A stretch of 64,000 bases of DNA from Chrysomallon squamiferum (lineage: Eukaryota > Animalia > Mollusca), in NCBI GenBank assembly GCA_012295275.1, contig CM022665.1, forward strand, positions 2,294,001-2,358,000, in the 5' to 3' direction. The position numbers and the translations under genes are program-made. The notes beneath the pieces were generated by a model. It worked only from the letters and a program-made list of their open reading frames with translations, was not told where the DNA came from and ran no database searches. This document shows, in pieces, positions 56,689 to 64,000 of this stretch (the first letter of the stretch is position 1; every line of letters starts with the position of its first letter).

Positions 56689-59600
56689 TTAAAGATAATT
56701 TGCTGCTGTGTTAGTTTTAAGTGAAAAATGATGTGATCTAAACAAAAATGTATTTAAAAATGTTAAACAGGAAAACCACCATTTAATGAATTATTTTTCG
56801 TCATATTGATGAGGCTAAAGATTAAAAAACTACCACCAAGTAGTCATTGTTTTTTTGGTTTTTTTTTTTTTTATTAAATTTTAACACCATTGTATTTTTT
56901 ATGTGCACTATAACCCTTTCAAGCCAGGTCATATCTCAGTTTAAGCCTGCAGAGAAACATGGCTGTGGGGATAAGAAAGTGGCTGGACCAGTAGAGAACG
57001 ATTCTAAACTAACTGCCAATTGAGTTTGATACAAACAAATCAGCTAAATATATTGACTGATTTGTTCCTAGATAACAGTGCCTTAATATCGTGTTCATTT
57101 TTTCTTGGCAATCAAATAAAAAATCTGCCAGATTTGCAGTGGCTTTCTAATTTAGATATAGGTAAACAAAATGATAAATTTATTGGTAACATTAGAATAT
57201 CTTTAAAGATGAGGCAGAAAAAAAACAGGTACTTTAATATTGTATTTAATAAATGGAAGAAATGATGCCACAAAATATTGACAAAAACAACAAGACTACA
57301 TATAAATTACAAAATTATTTTAATTCTATACAAAATATTAATAGGGTATTTTGATATAAAAAAAAATAATTTTTCATGTTGGCTTTTCCACATGTTCCAA
57401 ATGTAATGAACAAAAACAAATATTTCAGATTAACAACAGCAACATAAATTAAAATTAAGCTGATATAACGGAGAAATATGCCAAGGTAAACAATGGTCCC
57501 ATGTATAGGAATGTAATTGTTATTAAAACTTAACAATAACTTTAGTTTCCAACACTTCTTTTGCTGCTAAGTGCAGTTCTTTACCATTTTTCATTGTAGA
57601 TATATCCTGATAAGATGTAAGCTTTGACAATAAAATTTACAAGTTTTTATTTTTTTTAAATGTATTTTGTGTTTACAAAATGCTTTGACAATTCTCTACT
57701 ATACAATCTTCACAAATGCATATCTATTAAAAAAATAAAAACTACAAAAAAACATGCATAACATGATTTAACTCTAATTTTGCAAACATTAACTGCAACT
57801 TGTAACAAGTAATAAAAAAGTTTCTTCAAAAACGAAAACAAATTAAGAACTTGCAAGAAAATTAAAGCATTAATGTATAGTGTTTTAAGCTTTGATATTA
57901 AAATATTTTTTTTAAATAATTTTTATTAATTCTTTTTTACCCTCTATACATTAAATTTGTGCCTTATTATTCAAAGGCAGAAACAATCTTATAAATGCAT
58001 CTTTCCAAAGGAAAGAAAAATAATTTCATTCCTTTTGTGACACTTTGTCTATTCTTGAAGAACTGAACCTTAATTGAAAGATGAAGTTTTGATATACAAA
58101 TATCTACCATATCTATGCATACATAATAAATAAATCTGGGTACATGTGATACACATCAGAAGAATTGTTTTATCTGTCACATATACAACCAATCTTTTCC
58201 AATATTACATAGGAACTAAAAAAAAAAAAAAAAGTGGATACACAAATTTGTTTTTTTCTGTGTCACTGTTATGATTTTGTTTTTAAATGTGAAGTATTAT
58301 AATTTCACATGATAGGGTAGGGGAAATCAGCCTCCAAGCATTCTTAAGAGTGGTATTTTTAATACTTTAGTGATAATTACTAGGTACCAATTAAAAGAAT
58401 GTAATTAGCCAAAGATACATTTTTATCATTCAAAACTGAATAAAATAAAAAAAAAAAACACTAAATAAAACTGCCCTGCATGTCAAATAAATAAAAAAGG
58501 AAACAAGAAATGAATGTTTAGTAATCATCTGGAATATCACAAATTTTTCATTTTCCCTGATAATTGTGATACAGATGTAAAGAAATAATAATAAAAAAAT
58601 AATAAAATAAATATGACAGTGACATATAATTAATTCAATTTTTGATACTTATGATAGGGAGATGGATGTACTAAGGTGTATTTTGTCACCTGAGTTCATA
58701 TTATTATGATTATTTAGTTTCCTGAGACTTAAAAGTAATTAAGAGAGTAAGGCATGAAATAGGTATTCACAAATACTTAAAATGTCTTTTTAAGAAATGA
58801 TAAAAAAATTTAAACTGAAAGTTTAAAAAAGCCCTTCTTCAATGCCAAATAATTCTAGATTAAAAAAAAAAAAAAAAAAAAAAGATTGTATATGATCAAA
58901 AATAAACTTTATTTTTGATGAACTTATAAAAATATATTTCATTGCTATTTAATTTTTTGTTCTTTAAACATAACAAAATTTACAGAGATTTGTCAAAATG
59001 TTGATGAACAACAATGAATTTTCCTGTTTTTATTTCCTTTAAATGGCAAGCTAAAATTATAAATTAAAACTGAAAGTAAAATCTGTCACAATATAACTTA
59101 AAAGTAATCATTAACAACTAAGATAATATGAGACAGAAGTATAAAATTAAATATATAAATGCAAAAACAACAAGCAAATAAATATAAAAACTAGTTTGTT
59201 CAGAATATCAAATGATAAAATTATATTAGATTTCATTAATGTATGAAAAAAAAAAAAAAAAACAAACAAAAAACAAAACTCTGAAATAATATGAGAATTT
59301 AAGTAAAACGTCGACTAAAAACATGTCATGACCAGATTTATTTTTTATTTTTGATTGTTTGGATTTCTGCTAGTTAAAGAAACTAGATCACAGACTTGAG
59401 ATTAATATCAAGATATGAATATCACAACAAAACAGGCCAGTGACTAGATAATTATAATTTAATTTATTTTATTTTATTTTACTTTTTAGTTTTCCTTTCC
59501 ACCAGTCAATTTATAAAAGCTATCAATTTCTGATAACAATTTATTTTTCTACAGTTTCACGTTAATAAGATAATCAATAAAATTACTGAAGTGGAAATTA

Positions 59601-60374
59601 AAAGTTTTTCCCACCAAATAATATATCAATTTTTTTATCACATTCAAAGTGGCCCTTTAGTAAAATAAAAATCCATAAAAGCTTTTAAACATATTGAAAA
59701 ACAGTCTTTTTTTTACATGAGATTAACATAATTAGTTCAACACAGCATTATAATTTTGCAATGCAAGTCACATTTTTAGCAAAATCAAATTTAAGAACTG
59801 TTTTTGATGATAATAAGAGAACAAATATTTTGATATTTAAATATATGTATGCATAATATTATGTACATTTCCTTTTATCATTTTGAAAAAAATGTTCCTT
59901 AACAAATAATAAAATATTTTGATTAATATCAAACATGCAAAAATAAAGCGTGAAATATAATTTAGTTATAAGACGCTTAGTATCTTTAATGTATAAATCT
60001 AGATGATCATAAATATTTGTTTAAACAGATTTTTTATATACATAGAATTTAGGTGGGTGCATAACAGTAAAGTTAACAATCTGAAATTTATGTTTAATAA
60101 AAATGCAATATAGTCTTAAAGTCTATGATTTCAAATACTTTGCAATAATTTTATTTGGCAAAATTACATTTTATAATACAGATTCTTGTATGTCAAGTAT
60201 TCTGATTGTTATCTCTTTGGTGTCTAATGTGAATGAAAGGGAATTAAAACTCCCATGATATGCATGAATTATTTATTTATCATTTATCAAAAAAAAAAAA
60301 AAAAAAAAGCTTGTCTGTTTTCCTGTTCTGATAACATTAATTTTACAACAAAATGTATAAAAGATTATATGATA

Positions 60375-60695
60375 CAGTTTCAATGTGTGGGAATAAAGTT
60401 CCTGGAATGCAATTACTAACGTATTCTTGTATTATAAATAATACAACTTCTGACTAAACGATAAACTTTGGTCTTCTTTTTCTGATGAAAGTATTTGATT
60501 TGTGAATGCTAATTAACTTAAGACAAGATTTCTAACTCATAACTTAAGTTATCATTTTTAATTTTTGAATTCATCAACCTTATGTAGTAGGATGTTATTC
60601 AGTTAAAACTCCAGCGAAATTTAGAAACAGAGATATCTTTGAGTAACAAATAAAATAGTTTTTAAGGCACATACTTTTCCCAGGTTGCACTACTG
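60375..60695. mobile_element. Old TA-flanked MITE-like element (Tc1/mariner-like ends)
   Basis: TGATACAGT..TGGGAATAAAGT (60370-60399) is an imperfect inverted match to ACTTTTCCCA..ACTGTATCA (60673-60700). A shorter related piece (TGTGGGAATAAA..TCCCAGGTGACACCACTAC) lies at ~18020-18113. Confidence 0.4.
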
Positions 60696-61180
60696 TATCA
60701 GTTATTTTCCAGTTAAGCTGACATCTGGCCAACTGATGTATGAATCTTATATAGATTTAAAGCATCAGAAAAGAAATACACAACTTCATTTATTGTTTCC
60801 TTCATTGTAACATCTATTTTTAAAAACACTTTTTAGCAGAGACAATTTAAATTCATCTTGATACAAGAAGTTATATATTATTCAGATGCTTAATGACTTC
60901 TTCTTTAAGCTTTCCTTTTACAACCACTAAATGAACTCTGTCCATATCATTAACTTCACTAATCCCATATAATCTGTGACTGTATATGGAAGTAAACTGT
61001 ACACATTTTCAAAAACAATGAATGCGTGCACTGGTTGCATCTTTAACAAGTGTCAAACCAAATAGAAAAATATTTCTTTGATTTTAATTTTAAAAACTTA
61101 AAATTTAAAAAACTTTAAAAATCTGTTTCTCACACTAGGGAGAAGGTGAGTAAAATGCATGGCTGGATATTTCATCCGTG

Positions 61181-63563
61181 TTACAGTATGAAGCAACACT
61201 GCCACCTTCCCTCAGCTTTTCCTTCTTCTTCCACAAGCTGTGTAGTATCAGAATCACGAGCATCTCCACTTCCATCTATCTGTATAGATGTGTTTTCACT
61301 GCTTGCTGTTGTAGAAAGTGAGTGCTGACTTTGAATGTAAAGAATTTCTTTGCAAATTGAATTGAATGCCTGGAAAGTCAATCAGTGAATAAAAAAGAAA
61401 AAAAAAAAAAAGAAAAAAAGAAATTGCTAATGTAAAACTCTTTACAAAATGTTTTTGATTTATTCTTTGTTTTTAAAAACAAAATTTATTGTATTATGCA
61501 AAAATAAAATAATTTCATTGTGAATAAAACAAAATTTACGTTAATAAAAATTGTGATTATCAAGGTAGGTATTTTTAAGGATGCAAAATAAATATTAAAA
61601 TAAACACACAGTATTTTATTTATTACCCTTTCTAGATGTTCTTTGCTTTTAGCACTGGTTTCAAAAAACTGTAAACCATTCTCTCGAGCAAACTGGAAAT
61701 AGAAACAGTTTACAAATAAAATATACATTTATTATATTAAATTAAAAAACTGTATGTAAATAAAAAGAAAGAAAAAGAAAAAGGTTAAATTAATGATATA
61801 AAGAACACACTTACTTGTTGACCTTGTCTGTACTCTATCTGTCTTCTTGGTTCTTTATCATGTTTGTTCCCAACTAACATCAACACTGCATCCTCTTTGG
61901 CAAACTGAATTTTGTAATGTCATCATGTTATTAATTTTTCAAACAAATAAAATATTTTAAAAAACTGTCAGCTCAAAATACAGTTTTGTTTATAATATTT
62001 TAACTTTAATCCAAGTGTACTAGTATGAAAGAATATGATTGAACTAGGCAGTTATTTTATTACTTATTACAATAAAAATAATTCAGATGGTATCACTTAA
62101 AGACAGTGAAATTCTAGAGATGTTTTATGTTCATCATTCTTAAACAATAAAATCAAATCTTTACTTCAGATAAAATGTATTATTAAATTCACCACACTTT
62201 TAAAACAGAAATATCCTTTTAGCAGCATTCAAAAGGCTAACTATCACGATAATGCCAAAAAATTCCAACTTCCCAGACATGTTAATGATCTAACCAGATA
62301 TTTCAAATGAAAAATGTATTTACACCTTTTAAGATATCTTATCTTTTACTTTACCTGTTTAATATATGCCATCCACTTAGGTAAAGAGAGAAATGAACTC
62401 TGGCTAGTGATATCATATACAACCATTATACCCTATTAAGAAACAGTTTCATATATATATATATATATATATACATACACACACAACACAATATTATTGA
62501 TGCTACTACTACTAAATAATTATTAAATAATGAGAAAATAAGAAAGAAATGAAAATACAAATCTGTTTTAAAATCTATAACATATTATAACATGCTGTAA
62601 AAGAAAATTAATAACAATGATGAAATAGTTTCAGGTAAAAGGTACTTTTAAAATGCTAGTAGTTAAAAAAAAAAAAAAAAAAGGTTTATTTATACAAAAA
62701 TAATAATTATGAGACTGAAAGAAAAGACAATTATTTACCTGTGCTCTCCGATAAAACTGCTTTGTTATAGCTTCAAATCTTTCTTGGCCAGCTGTGTCCC
62801 TATGATAAAAGATTATACAATATATATTTTAATTTATTTCTTTTACATAAATATTACAGGGTTGTTTTTTTTTAAATATTTATTTAAATAACAATGATAA
62901 TTAATTTTTTTGTCATAAAAAAAATAAAATGATATGTTCACATAGGAGAGAACACAAAAACAGTTTGTTAATTTTGAGAATGCAGGAAGCTCAATTAAAA
63001 GTACGGGCACAAATAAGACAAAGGTATATTCTATTTATAACTCACCAGATCTGTATTTTAATTATTCGACCATCAATTTCAATAGTTCTCACTTTAAAAT
63101 CAACACCTACATAAATGCAAGACAATACAGAAAGTCATCAGTTGAAATTATTTCTTACTAACACAGTCCTAATATATTACAATATCTTTGTTTTAATTTT
63201 AGCTTTTGGTATTTTATTTACAATGATGATAAATATTACGTGATACATAATATTACAAAGTTCACAGTTTTCATTTTATAAAACAAATATTTAAAACATC
63301 TTTTTTAATAGCAATACTCATTTTTATGCTTTTATTTATTTTATTATTTTGTATTGCTCAAGTTTGCTATAGTATAAATATTTTAATTACTTCAACTCAT
63401 TTCATGTAACAAAGGTACTGAAATACAAATTTTTACCTATTGTTGAAACATGGTCATTACTGAACTGGTCATGTGCATATCGACAGATCAAACATGTCTT
63501 TCCCACACCTGTGTCACCAACCAGTAGAAGACGAATTAAACTATCGTACATCTTCACAGACAT
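61181..63563 (-). CDS. Rab GTPase of the Rab8/10/13/15 group, most like Rab15, ~223 aa
   Basis: Exons 63563-63437 (MSVKMYDSLIRLLLVGDTGVGKTCLICR..STIG), 63106-63046 (VDFKVRTIEIDG..IQIW), 62799-62739 (DTAGQERFEAITKQFYRRAQ), 62432-62355, 61904-61815 (GNKHD), 61692-61627 (FETSAK), 61369-61181 (..WQCCFIL*). G1-G5 boxes are intact, and the 61/61/78/90/66-nt exon pattern matches the Rab8 family. The 5' non-coding exon probably lies beyond the window. Confidence 0.9.
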
Positions 63564-63764
63564 TCTGTTTTTTTACATGTAATCTTCGCAAACATCTAAA
63601 ACAGTAAATAATTATCAAAACTGTACTTGATTTTTCTATTTTATTCAAGCATTGCCATTTATTATTTCATTCTGACAAATGATTCAAGATCTGAAATAAA
63701 ATCAAATGCGTGGACTGAAATTATGTAGACAGTTTGCCCAAATTAAAATTGAAATGAAGAATTA

Positions 63765-63900
63765 TACAGTTAAACTCCTCTAAACCAAATGCTCTGTAAC
63801 CCAAGATTTAACCACTGAAAATATACACCTCAAATCCAGAAACCCCTTCCACTCTGTATTTTCAATACTCTCTCTAATCCCACTGTTTATTAAATACAAA
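63765..63900 (+). mobile_element. Possible left end of a Tc1/mariner (pogo-like) MITE in the Rab 5' intron
   Basis: TA|CAGTTAAACTCCTCTAAACC resembles pogo/Tigger-type termini, with an internal echo CTCTCTAATCC at ~63870. No partner end is visible in the window. Confidence 0.3.
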
Positions 63901-64000
63901 TTTTACATCCAAAAACTAAACGATCAAAAAGGTGCAAAGTAGGTTGCTTATCTACACCAAACCTGTTAGCTGTCAAAAAGGTTGTAAAGGGTGTCAAATA

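Overview
AT-rich, microsatellite-laden animal genomic DNA. The HSP90 sequence looks molluscan, probably gastropod (inferred). I assembled six intact multi-exon genes by hand through GT-AG junctions: VPS54 (-, 26 coding exons, ~971 aa), WDR20 (-), cytosolic HSP90 (+, ~722 aa, MEEVD end, perfect heat-shock elements), a STMND1-like stathmin-domain gene (-), FAU/RPS30 (+) and a Rab15/Rab8-family GTPase (-). Mobile DNA comprises two decayed relatives of one DDE transposase family, a probable Crypton remnant, a TTAA-flanked MITE whose empty site is preserved nearby, and smaller MITE-like pieces. Most notable: WDR20 and HSP90 are head-to-head, as human WDR20 and HSP90AA1 are; this HSP90 has substitutions at normally near-invariant ATPase-motif positions; and VPS54 carries an N-terminal Cys/His zinc-finger-like module. 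I found no convincing wholly new biological system. All homology calls come from recalled family motifs, not database searches.
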